DNA from: the human T2T-CHM13v2.0 reference genome, Homo sapiens
Length of the DNA stretch: 64,000 nt
Assembly (NCBI RefSeq): GCF_009914755.1
Contig: NC_060926.1
Reading direction: 5' to 3' (one strand)
The translations under genes and the position numbers were made by a program. Within the stretch, counting starts at the first letter, position 1; every line of letters begins with the position of its first letter. The notes under the pieces are model-generated. The model saw only the letters and a list, made by a program, of their open reading frames with translations. It made no database searches and was not told where the DNA came from. Shown piece after piece: positions 1 through 11,460 of the stretch.

Positions 1-1098
1 TGTAGTGCCCATATGAACAAAGGCTAAAAGCTCAAAAGGCAGGGGGTGTTGGGGTGGAAAGAATCTATTTCCACTCCTTTGTATGCTGAGCAAATTTGCC
101 ACCTCTCCAAAAATAAGCACCAATGTTATGACCACTCCATTGAATTCCTGCTAACTCGGCTCTGGAAGGTGAATGTGAGAACGGCGTCAAGAGCAGGTGG
201 GCACTCCCTTGCAGGGCAATTGCTCCACGGCTAATTGCCGTTTTCACAGCTGGGTTGAGCTTTCCAAAAGGCATCCTTCAACCCTGAGCTCTGAGCTCTC
301 CTGATGTTCTCTCTTGCCAACCATACCCCCATCAAAGACAGTTTACAGATGAAAGGATGTAGCTACAGGACATACAATTTTGCAAACATCACAGTTTGAA
401 AAAGAGGCATTTCTAAGGCTTCTTTGTGAAGATCACCACACGCCCACAGTCATTACCACAGGAGCTAAGCCTTCTATGGGTGTGAAGGCAGCCTCCTTGC
501 CGGAATGTCCTCAGCAGCAATTCTTCCACAGTTTATTTTTGCTCCTCTTACTAGAAAGATGGATCCTCTGAAATTCTTTATAAACAGAGTCTACTTCCAA
601 ACACTGTGGTTGGTCAGTAAGAAAATGGAGAGCTGCTACCTAATGCCTCTCCAGCATCATCCAACAGATGTACATGCATGCATCCAGCCCTTTCAAACCA
701 TGGAGCAGGCTGAGGTGAGTGGAAAATCATGGCCAAGGGCCTACTGAGAATGAATTGTTTGAAACCCAGCAAGGCTGGAGTTTAAAGCCCAACACCACAA
801 AGTTTCCAAATATGGAATTTGACCAGGTTAAGCAAATTCCTGATGGGTCACAGGAAATGTGAGCCAAACAGACTGCCTTAGACACTTTAGGGTGAGGGAA
901 AGCAAAGCAAGAAGGATGAAACAACACTTGGGCAGCTGCTATTAACAAAAGTGCCAGATGAAGCACATCCACCAGCATGATCCTGTTTTACTATAAACCT
1001 CTGGTCCGTGTGGATTCCAAATTACACAAGTCATTAAATATTTCAATATAAGAAGCAGGTAACCCCAACTCTGACATATCATTAAACCCTCTATACAC

Positions 1099-1225
1099 CA
1101 ATGGCTCAATGCCTTGGCTGCATACTGGAATTGCCTGAAAGCTTTACAAACACTGATGCCCGGGTCCTTCCCAAAGAGATACTGATTTTATTGGTCTGGG
1201 GTGCAGCCACGATTGAGAACCACTG
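1099..1225. mobile_element. MER5A-like hAT-Charlie MITE (internally deleted)
   Basis: Typical motifs tactgattttattggtctggggtg and terminal ttgagaaccactg. Confidence 0.7.
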
Positions 1226-1699
1226 AAAAAGGCATAGTCAAATCTTAAGTCATAGTCATAACATGCTCCTCAAATAACTATCGAGTGCCCACAGTGTGCA
1301 AAGCTTTCTAAGAAGCAGGTGATACATTAAAAGTTGACTACCAAAACTATACGCAAGGCATCAACTCCTTAAAGCATAAACTTAACAAGAAAAATGACAC
1401 AACAGAAAAGTAAAAAAAAAAAAAAAAAAAAAAGAAAAGCTTTATTATAACTCAAAACTGTAAAGCATCACGGGGAAGTAAAAAGCTCTGCACAAGAGTA
1501 TGGAAATCATAGCAGTTACAGTTGGCTGGTAGCAAGGGAGGGAGTTTGGCACCCATTTGAAAGTTAAGGAATGGGTGGAACTTGGACAAAGAAAATCAGG
1601 AAGGGGAGAGGGAGGAAGAGGAAAAAGGCTAAAGGAAACAACAAAAATAAAGACAGAAGCAGGAAAAGCATAGTCACTTAATTTGGATGGCATTTACTA

Positions 1700-2420
1700 C
1701 ATGTGAAAAGGGGGGAACTTGCAAATATTGTGTAGACCCAGTCTTGGAACACCCTGACTCTTGGAAGTTTGGCCTCATGCTATGTATAAGAGGGAGCCAT
1801 GAACAGTTTGAAAGCAGGCCACCTGGGGTGATGGTGGCAAAAAGGCAAGTCCAGGGAGGTGACAGGGATTGTGGCAAGGCAATGGCCAAGGGTGCCATCC
1901 ATGACAGGCTGATGCTAAAGCACCTCAGAAGCCAAGTCAGTGGGATTTTTCAACTAATTTTAGACTTCCGCTAATTAGATCTTTTCACCTAATTTTTTAT
2001 TAGATTCAAGAAAAAGAAAGGAGTTACAATGACTAGAATGTCAAACCTAGATCATGAGACGAATAATCACATTATTAAAAGAAATAGGGAAGCCAGGAAA
2101 AAGGAAGCAGTCCGTGGAAGAAGTTGATGAGTTAGGGGTTTAGGACATATTCAGCTGAAGTGATGGTAGAACAACCCCAAAGCCCATCTTGCTTGTTGCT
2201 TATTTCTGGTTAGAAAAAATGAGGGCCTGAAACCCAGGGAAATATCTGGAGGTGGAGATGTAGAGTATAGCTGTGAGGAGATGAAGAAGCCCTGAACTGG
2301 GAAGGAGATTTTAACCTCTAAGATGTTAGAGGTGAAAGAGATCTGTGAGACACATTCTGGGAGAGAACTTTCACCATCATAACTACCAATTCAAGGAGGT
2401 AGGGAAGGGCAAAAAGTAAC
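1700..2420 (-). mobile_element. Degraded LINE-2 fragments
   Basis: Purine-rich antisense L2-like motifs (gatgagttaggggtttaggacatattcagctgaag; ctggaggtggagat). Confidence 0.5.
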
Positions 2421-5400
2421 TGGGGAAAAACTGGGGCAAAAAAGTCAAGTGAGCCTTCCATTTTCCTTTCCTCATTAGGGACAATGGTAAAAATTAGGCC
2501 TACTTCATCCATCAGACCTCAAAAGACTTTTTGAAAAACCTCTCAGAGGTTGAGTTCTTCACTACTGCTTATTACAACCCTCTCAAGAATTTAAAAACAT
2601 TTAAAAAGATTTTCATCAACTGGTACATGGGTTGCTGGTAAAGTTTCGGGCACTCTCTTTGTTGGTGAGGTGCCAGAAACAAAGCAATTTCACGTTTGTT
2701 GCTTTCTACTTCCATCTAGTTCTATATTCCATCCAACCCCCTACCACATATGCCCCACTGCACACCCTTCATACTCCCACTCCATTTGTTATTATTTAAA
2801 TGACAATAATTTTTATAAGACTCGAGTTATAATCTGGGGCTATTTTTTCGGTACAGTGTATATTTTCCAATTTAGCACACATTAAAAGTGGAAAAAGAAT
2901 CAAATTACACAAGTAAGCCTTCTCCAAAATATTCGATAACTTGTTCTAGAACCTAGCCAATCCCAAAATTCCATGAACCAGTAGTCTTAAAAGTAAAAAG
3001 GGAATTTTCTTGCCTCCTTTGAAGGCAAAAAAGAAAGAGAAAAGAATCAGAAGTGAGTCAAGGTATATTCAGGTGACAGAAAGCAAGTAAACTGGTCTGG
3101 GCATCTGAGAGTCCTGGGCCCTGAAACCATCAGTGTTAATAAGCTGTGTGACCTTGGAGAGTGCAATGCCTCATCTGGCTTTAACAATCACTTAGTTCAA
3201 CCCAGTATTTTAGAGTTGAGGAAACCAAGACCCTTTCAAGATTTGAAATTCTGAGATTCTATGTTCCTCGCTTTGGTACAAGGCTGAGAACCTGACTTTC
3301 AAAATGACCCTCAGGAAATGTCAATACACCCACATTCAAAAATAGATATCGCATATGGCTCTACGTTATTTTAATTACCTCTAATCATTTCCGAATGGCA
3401 CAGACATGGGCACTGTTTCCTGGCCATTATGGACATGTGTATTCACATTGTATACTCATCTGCCCTAAAAGTATCCAGCCCACAACATGACATTGGCTGA
3501 AAGCTTTTTCACAACAGAACTTAGTAAATCTCAAGCATGTTTTATAAACAAGGTTGGAACTATGTGGGTAATACAGATAGGCACAGGTCAGTGTTCCAAC
3601 ACAGAACTGAATGTTTCTTTCTTTCTTTCCTTCTTTCTGGCACTCATGCTCTATTCTGTTTAACTTAATTTTGAACATGCTTTCTCTGCCTTACTACAGT
3701 CAAGCACCTAGAGGGCAGATTCTATATCCAATTCAATTTTGCATTGCCCAAATACAGTATTATGCACATAAAAAGGGCTTAAGGAATGAAGTATTTACTG
3801 TGGAATATTTTCTATACTTGAATATAAACAACAAAAATCCCACAAAGTGTGACTAGGTCCATCTACCAGCTCAATGAAGAATGGTATCCCCCTGAAATCA
3901 GAAGTCACTCGCACCTCATTTGGGCTGATACTAGACTCAGATCTCAAGGCTACTGCAAACGCTCAGCTGTAACATTTATATATCAAGCATGTGGTACTGC
4001 TCGAATGGAGGGGGGATGGACATGAGTCGTTTAAACGGGACCAAGTTCTTAGGGTCACACCAAATACCCCGAGAAGGAAAACTAAAGGGATGTAGGGTGG
4101 TAGAAATAATTCTGCCAATTAGCAGGAACTAATCTGGGCAAGGTGGGGCACAGCAAAATCACAAACAATCTTAGGTAAAAGCATGTCCCAGTAATGGCAA
4201 CATTTTGTTTATTTGGGGAATTTTAGATAGAATAAGGATATGTATATTCTACAATGAGTATACAGAGAGGAGTGTTTTTTAACTTGTCAATGTTACATGT
4301 AACATGAATAATTAGACACTATAATTTGTTTCACCAACTTTAACACCATTAGTAGTTGAGTTTTCTAATCACTGTACTTGGTAAGATTCGGCATTTTGGG
4401 GTTAAAACATTCCGCCCCCCTACCCCCAATCGTTTATGCTAAGCAAGCAGTCAGTTGATTTGGGAGAACAAAGGGACTACTGGACAGAGGAAATCTCTGC
4501 CCCTCACCCTCTGGCACCACTCAAGTTAAGTTGGGGAGCTGTCCTAAACTTTCAGCAAATCGCAGTTCTAACACATAGGCTAACTGATATATCGAGTGAA
4601 CTGGAATCACAGAGCCATTTTCTGCATTTGCCAGTCGTGGGGTCCAGCAAAGATAATTAAAAGCCCATTGCACAATACTATAAAATGAAAAGATAAGGGG
4701 TATCCACCGACCCCGTCTGGAATCAGACCAGCTATCCTATCAACTTGAGCCAGATGGGACTGGCCAGAGGAAATTGTATTCTTCTTTCCTCAACAGGCAC
4801 AGAGAGCAATTAAAGAAGATTGCAATGTCTTCTTGTACTCCAAAAGTTAAAACGCAAGAATTCTCTGAAGAGAGTACAATGTGAAGATTCATAAAAGAAT
4901 GGCTATTAAAGGCCCCATTAGGACCCTCTCTGAACTATCTCCATTTAAGTAGAGAGGCAAATTAGCCCCCACTGGCATTTATGTTTAGAATGGGCTGGCA
5001 GAAAGAAGCAGCCCACATTTGGATGCTTAAGGTCTCTGACACACCCATACATAAATCATTTCAGGGCAAGGCTGTCATCTTGCATCTTCTGCTCTGCCTT
5101 TTAAATGGATGGGACCCCAACATCCCATTCTCCTCAGGGTAAGGAGTGGGGGTGGGAAGTTCATGGAGAACAAAGAATAGTGACCTCCTTTTCCCCCTAC
5201 TAAGGACAGATGTAGTAAAAAATAACTGCATTATAATGTTTGCCCACTTTAAAATACCAAACTGCAAACAGGTAGACTGAATGATAATGTTTGAAGCCCC
5301 TAAATCTACACAAAGATGTGTCTGTTAAAGGAACATGGAAATGAATCTATTAAAGGCTAAGTGTGTGATTGATTGCAGTCACATGTGCTTTCATTTGTAG

Positions 5401-8400
5401 AGTTACATCTATTTAGTGATTGAATCTTCATAAAGATAAATTCTGGGTAACGGGCAGTTATATTTTTATTTCATCTACCAAGTTGCTGTTTCAAATAAAG
5501 AAACAGATTTACAGTAACTGAAGAACACACAAATCACATACCAAAAAAAAACAGTTATTTTATCCTTTCAGTGTGGCTAGCAAGGCTCCTTTGTGTCTAC
5601 AAATTTCCCTGGGTGGTGCTGTTGCCAAGAAATTCTAATTCATGACAAGGCTATCTGCGAATTGGGGACTGAGGCAAACCTACGGATGGACAGACCCTAC
5701 AGTTTGCTTTGTTTTCCTGGCTGATATAGCACCTGGCGGCCCAGGCCTGCAGAAGGAAGTGCAAAGGCAAGATCTTCACATAAAAGGAGAAGCAATGTGG
5801 CTCACAGACCAAATCCCATCCCTGGTACCATGAGGCTGTTCTTGGAATGCAACCATTTCTGTACGTTTTCCCCTAGAGATTCCTTATACCAAAGGCCCTC
5901 ATAAAAAGTGTTTCAGGGTGCCTGAAACCAAGATGAAATTGCAGTGTTATGGGGACACTTTAGTCCTTACAGTAGCCAAGTATGCCATTAGTTTAAAACA
6001 ATAGGGGAATGGGGGAGGAGAGAAGAATGTTCTATGATTTATTTATTTGTTTCCAGTAGCAGTGGAAAATTTTCTCTGAGCAAAGAGAGGCCTGAAACTG
6101 ACCCCATCTGCCAATTATGAATCAGCATTAACAACAAACATAATTCCATAAGACTTTTCAAGCAAACATGCGATGCTCCTCAATGACACGACGCAAAGCT
6201 AAGTCCAAATAAGACTTAGATCATCACTGCTTGACCTGCACTCATGAAATAGCAGACTAGAGATAAAACATATAAAAGTTCTAAAAGTCTTTGTATATTC
6301 AAGAAGAAAATAAAAGCATTGTATCAAATTCTTTTTATTTTCCAAGTCAGCAGTGTGTCTAAAAAAAAAGATTATGATCTCTATTGGCAAAAAAAGTCAT
6401 GAATGAGTTTCCCTTTACTCATAATCAAGTGGTACCCCATAAGAAACTCTGGTTTCTGTCCTACCCTTGACCTTTTCCTACTTTTGCTCAGACAGCTCTT
6501 GGAAATTTTCCTACAAGTTTTCAAAGCGCTTAAGGCTGGTAGTCTTAAGAATTGCGCGTCAGCTGAATTCTATAAAATAATAGACCACATAAGCACAGTG
6601 TAATTTACAGTTATATGACAGGCAGAAAGATGATGTTACTTGGGCCGAGTGCTTAAGTATGCAGTCAGAGCCCAGGAATGGAGAGCTGTTAATGTGTGAT
6701 GTCCATTTGGATTTCAGAATTATACCAGCAACGATTATTTTCAGACTTGGAGCTATGTGGCTAAGGCATCATTGCCAGAAAATCCAATGTCAAAACGAGG
6801 ATCTCCGTGACGAGAGGGAGCCCTGCCACAGTCAGTGACTTTGTCACAGGCTCACTGACTATTAAGCAGGACAATTATCCCATATCCTAAGTTTAAAATA
6901 AAATCCCCAAATTGTTTATCTTCAATTTTCAAACGTAAAAATGTTCTTGAGTTTATCATCGAAGCCACTCTTTCTCTAGAAACCAAGTCAGATTATCAGA
7001 GTCTCCACATTTTGCTCATCTCCATGAGCCCAGGTACATTGTTCACTTTAAGAAGAACATCTAATAATTACTCCTCATTTGACCTCTAAAATCTGATTAC
7101 CCCAGAGCATAAAGAAACTTCTTCCTGTCTGGGGTTCTTTGCAGAAACCCTGTTGAGCTGTTTTGAGCAAAAGAGTCTCAAAATTTCATTATCCGATAGT
7201 TGATTTGGAACTAACAGTTGCATATCACCATCACCACCCCTTATACTCAGAAGCAGCAAGACGGTTTTGGGAGGGGGAAGAAGGAAGGGCTAGAGGTTAA
7301 AGGTTTTGTCATCAGTGTAAACCTATGGTCCTAGTCGCCTTTATATAGAGCAGTTGTGATTACGGAGTCCAGAACATAAAGCTCACTGGAGTGATATATT
7401 GTTTATTAGTGCTTCCCCACAAGCTATGCATCAGCATTGGCTATAAGCATGACGCTGAATAAGTTGGCTAAGGGTTTTAAGGTGAGAGTGGCTGGCAGTT
7501 GGAGAGGGTTAAGGCAAAAAATGAGGGGGTTCCGAGGGGTGAAAAATCCTTTGCCTGTAGAAACTAAACTAGAGCTTCCCTGAATGGGGAGGAGGCAGAG
7601 GAGCAGGGGGAGGAGGGGAGAAGGAAGAGCAGAGATGGCTTCTTAGGAAACAATAGATCTAATACATCCTCTAGTTGTCAAACCGATGATGTTTCTTTGC
7701 AGATCTAGAGTTTGTCCTGGATGGTCTAGCCAGATCTAGAAAAGCAGGTTTCCTGTGAAGAGACCTTCCTCCAAATCTGGCTTTACTACTCTGAAAACTT
7801 GAACCAAAACAAAGTTGCATGATTCATCAGTAGGGAACGTTCTAACAAATAAAGCCAACTTTCTTCCTTCTAACACTGCTTAACAGTTAGTCACAAACAA
7901 GGGCTGCCTTGGGCAGGCTGACTAAATCAACAGATTCCCTTCTCTAACCTGTCTAGACAGTTGTTAATATGCAACCGATTCCATACCAGTGGGCTGACAG
8001 TGTGAAATGAAGGCTATTTCAGAAGATTTTGGTTTAATTAGCATTGGAAATAAAAGGAAGAAAAAGATCCAGTGAGACCCTTCATGAGACACACTCTCGT
8101 TAAGGATAAGGAAAAGGATGCATTGAAGAAAGACTTTATTCTAAAAATATGTGAACTGTGTATGTGTTTACAGAGAGACAGAGTCAAGCATCTGCTAGCG
8201 TCCTTGGACAAGAATGCATGTGTGGACACAGAGACACCAGACGCCAATACCTGGAGGAAAACTCACAGCCTCTGACCAGAAGTGAACTAGCAACAATGGT
8301 ACAGTTAAAGGATCCGCCTTGCCACTCGGCTCCTTATACCAAAAGCCAAACCTCTTTTGCTAAAGCAGAGACTGTTACATCTCAGCCTCAAGCTGGCAAA

Positions 8401-9656
8401 TCCTGCTTTGGATCCCGGCAGAGGAAATTCAGCCGTTCATTAGCCTTAACAAGCTGCTGTCACTAAGCGAAGAAATTACCCGAGCAGCCACACACCGAGC
8501 CTCTCACAGCCCTCCCCCCAAGGGCAAGCGGGTTTCTCCAGGACGGACTGTACAAGTTCACACTTCCTATGTGCAAATCCGGACTGTCTTCTTGGACTTT
8601 CCATGGTGCACACTGTACAATTTTTAAATACCCGTGTCCCCCCGCCCCCACCCACCATCTTTCCTGCAGAATGTCCCCTCAGCAGCTCCTAATCGCTGCT
8701 GAAAAAAACCACTGTTTCCGCAGCAGAGCCAGCACTTTCCACTGACCAGCACTTTCTTTATTCCACTTCACAAAGCCCAGTGAACTTGTCACCAGCCCCA
8801 CTTCATCCTCCCTGGGACGGCTAGCCAACTTGGCATCGGTGCCCTTCAGCATCCTGGGAGTTTCTTAACTAGTCCTCTAAGACAAAGTCAAAGGCATGGA
8901 AGCACACATCAGCCTTTGTCCGAGGTTGTGCTGCCTAACTAGAGAAGGACCCTAAACAAAAAAGAGAAACAAGGAGACGCATAGAGGGTGTTCTCTTTCT
9001 GGAGGGATCACACTGGGAAAACCTACAATTCATTGTCAGCCTCAGCTACATCTTCCCGTCCTCCTTGAGTATCTTTTGTCAGTGGGCTCTTCTCTCTTTT
9101 GCCTACCTTCTAATCTCAAAATCAAGCTCCTATTCTTTATTGACACTCGCTAATTACTGAAAAACACTCCGCTTTGCTCCTGCCCACCCTCCCCCGCCCC
9201 CCATCCGATGGTCATAAGCACCAGTTGAAACAGATGAACCTGATTTCAGGTATCAAGTGGGTAGAGCTCATGCATGCGAGAACGTGGTCCCTGTCAGCAA
9301 TCGCTCCTAACACCCCAAACCACCTTCCCACCCGGCTCCTCCGAACCCCAGAAGTTCGGCAGGTCTCTGATAGGGGACAGCAAACCCGACAACGTGTGCG
9401 CAGGGATGTGTGTTGGCGACTGAAACGCAGGCAGCTCGCACCGGCTGCTCAGCTCGGCACTCTACGAGGTTAGGGGTGGGTGGAGAGGTAAGCGCAGATG
9501 ACTGTTTCAGAAAACATTTTCAACAACAGACAGCCAAAAAGGAAGAAAAAAAAGTCAAACAAACAAACAAAAATTTCAACCCAGAGCCCACACCAACGCA
9601 GCCCCTGCGTCTCCGCCGCCACCACACGATTTACACAAGTAATTTAAATCATTCAC

Positions 9657-9758
9657 CTGCTGCCAGGTCTCCTCCAGGGATGGTAAAGCTGAGAAGTAGC
9701 CGGTGTCGTGGACAAGTTGTAGCTCCTGGAATATACTATAACTAGCCAACACGTCCAT
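9657..9758 (-). CDS. KLF7: Krueppel-like factor 7, first coding exon (aa 1-34, acidic N-terminal activation region)
   Basis: Minus-strand ATG at 9758 in strong Kozak context (agcATGG) encodes [34 protein letters not shown], the recognisable KLF7 N-terminus (KLF6-like). 102 nt, phase 0, followed by the donor CAG|GTGAAT. Later exons lie outside the window. Confidence 0.97.
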
Positions 9759-10140
9759 GCTGCTGCTGCCGGGCAAAACGGGAGGCGAAACCCTCCCCCG
9801 AACACAGTTGGGGCTGTTTGTTTGTCAGTCTGTCTGGCTCACCCCCCAAGAAGGCAGACATCCAGTGGCCCTTTTGTTTTGTTTTGTTTCAGTCAACTAA
9901 AAAGGAAAAAAAAAAATCAATGCAGGAGAGGGAGAGAGGAGGTGAGAGAGGAGCGAGTGAGTGGGGTGGATGGAGAGAGGCATCCAGCGTGTACAGTGCA
10001 GACGACTGCCAGGAAAAGGGGACTTCTCCACGGGAGTAACAATTCCCTTCCAGGGCTCTAATCACTCCAGCTCGTGGATCAGGAAGGGGGATGCAAACTC
10101 ACTGACACGAAGCTGCCATCTATTTCTGCAGCGCTGTTCG
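9759..10140 (-). other. KLF7: KLF7 5' UTR of exon 1 (upper boundary approximate)
   Basis: Pyrimidine-rich leader between the ATG and the GC-rich promoter. The exact TSS cannot be read from sequence. Confidence 0.6.
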
Positions 10141-10589
10141 CTCCTAATGCAATCTTTGCTCTTTATTTTGGGAGGTTGCATTTTTTTCTCTCGCGATCGC
10201 TTCTCTTCCCCCCCCTTCCCTTCCCTCCCCACCCCCCACCCCATCCTTGCTAGTTTGTAGTCTTCCCCCTCCCTTTTCTCCTCCTCCTGCTCTTCCCCCT
10301 CCCCAAACTCCCTCCCTCCGTTCGGTTCTCCGCGCAGCCGTGGGATCTCGAGGAGGGCGTCCATTAGGCCGCGTGTGACCATGTAAGGTAAACAGGGGGC
10401 TCATGAAGTCACTGAGGACCAATGGGGAGCCCGGAGCAGAGCCTGGGGCGGGGCTTGGCCCTGGCGGCGGGCGCGGATTGGCACGCTGCGGATCTCCCTG
10501 CTGCCTTACAAGGCGGTGCGAGGCGAGCTATTTTTAGAGGGCTATATAAGGGGGCTGAGGCGGCCGCCCGGCGGCCGGGCAGCGCGAGC

Positions 10590-10688
10590 GCAAGGGACAG
10601 GGAGGGTCGTGGCGACACTCGCGCCAGCTCCCGGGACGGCTGGGCTCGGGCTGGTCGCCGACCTCCGACCCTCCACTAGATGCCTGGC
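10590..10688 (+). ncRNA. MIR7845: microRNA 7845 precursor
   Basis: Contains AAGGGACAGGGAGGGTCGTGG (10592-10612), which I recall as mature miR-7845-5p. GGAGGGTCG pairs with downstream CGACCCTCC, giving a hairpin. Identity is from memory, not a database search. Confidence 0.75.
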
Positions 10689-11129
10689 AGAGCCCGGCGC
10701 GTCCGGAGCCCGCGCCCCTCAGAGGGACGGGTCGCGCGTCGCCGCGGCGGCCCTGAGGCTGACGGTCGGGAGGTGAAAGTCCGGAGTGCGGGGTCAGGAC
10801 GCCTCCTGGAGGGGGCGCGGCGCAGGGGGCCGCGGGGAAGCCGCCGAGGGCGCGGAGCGGGAAGGAAGGACAGTGGCCACCCCGCCTCCGCCTGGGCACG
10901 GGGCAGGGACCCGCGCGAGGCGGTGCCGGGGAGGTCCTCACGTACTCAAAAACAAGCAGAAAAGGCATCCAGGGCCCCTTCCCGAACTCCCCACGGGCTG
11001 CCAGGGTGCAGAGAAGAAGCGCCTGAGGAGGAAGTGCCACACAATGGGAGAGAACAAAGGGGAGCGGAGCGAGACCGCGGCCTGCGCCCGCCCCCCGCTT
11101 GCGCACAGTCCCCGCCCCGCCCCGCGGGC

Positions 11130-11150
11130 GCCGCCGCCGCCGCCGCCGCC
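11130..11150. repeat. (GCC)7 trinucleotide repeat in CpG island
   Basis: Direct reading: gccgccgccgccgccgccgcc. Confidence 0.95.
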
Positions 11151-11334
11151 CTCCCTCCCGCGCCTCCTTCTGACCCCGAGCGAGAGACCTGGTCGGGAGT
11201 CCGGCGGCTAGAGTTGATTGCAAGGGGCCTGTTGCTCGACTGTGCGTTAAAGAGGCTAGAGGGAGCCTAGGTAGACGTGGGGCGCAAGCTGGAGCCGGCA
11301 GCTTGCGAGGGGGCCTTTACGTGATGAGGCTCAC

Positions 11335-11460
11335 CATGGGGTCTCCAGCGAGGTGTCTGCAGAGCTTCGATGGTGAGAGGAGGAACTCGATTTCTCGTTT
11401 TCTGGAGTTGGGATGTAGACATAGAGAGATCTGTTACATCTGAGATGAAAACCCTGCACA
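11335..11460 (-). other. KLF7: Candidate upstream alternative first exon of KLF7 ending in ATG|GTGAGC
   Basis: Minus strand CCCATG|GTGAGC: ATG at 11337-11335 directly before a good U1 donor, phase 0 like canonical exon 1. The 5' end is approximate. Confidence 0.6.

Larger units (their letters stand above)
1..9656 (-). other. KLF7: KLF7 intron 1 (5' part)
   Basis: Follows the exon-1 GT donor on the minus strand; no further KLF7 coding sequence is recognisable before the window edge. Confidence 0.9.
10190..11320. promoter_or_regulatory. CpG island / KLF7 promoter region
   Basis: Very high GC and CpG density. GC boxes (GGGGCGGGG ~10445, repeated CCCCGCCCC ~11110-11124), CCAAT ~10419 and reverse CCAAT (ATTGG) ~10476, MEF2 site CTATTTTTAG 10528-10537, TATATAAG 10543-10550. 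Confidence 0.92.

Noticed and set aside
806-815. Perfect CArG boxes (806-815, 22385-22394, 28571-28580)
   Set aside because: A handful of CC(A/T)6GG matches is expected by chance in 64 kb of AT-rich DNA; no supporting context.
7650-7745. Cluster of AGATCT/TCTAG palindromic words
   Set aside because: Irregular spacing and no consistent repeat unit; not distinguishable from chance.
9576-9776. 66-aa ORF as a complete protein
   Set aside because: Only 9657-9758 is coding. The track starts at a non-ATG codon and reads through the splice donor into the intron.
10534-11270. Long ORFs (229 aa minus, 196 aa and 141 aa plus) in the CpG island
   Set aside because: Low-complexity Arg/Gly/Pro/Ala translations, expected from stop-codon depletion in GC-rich DNA; no recognisable domain.
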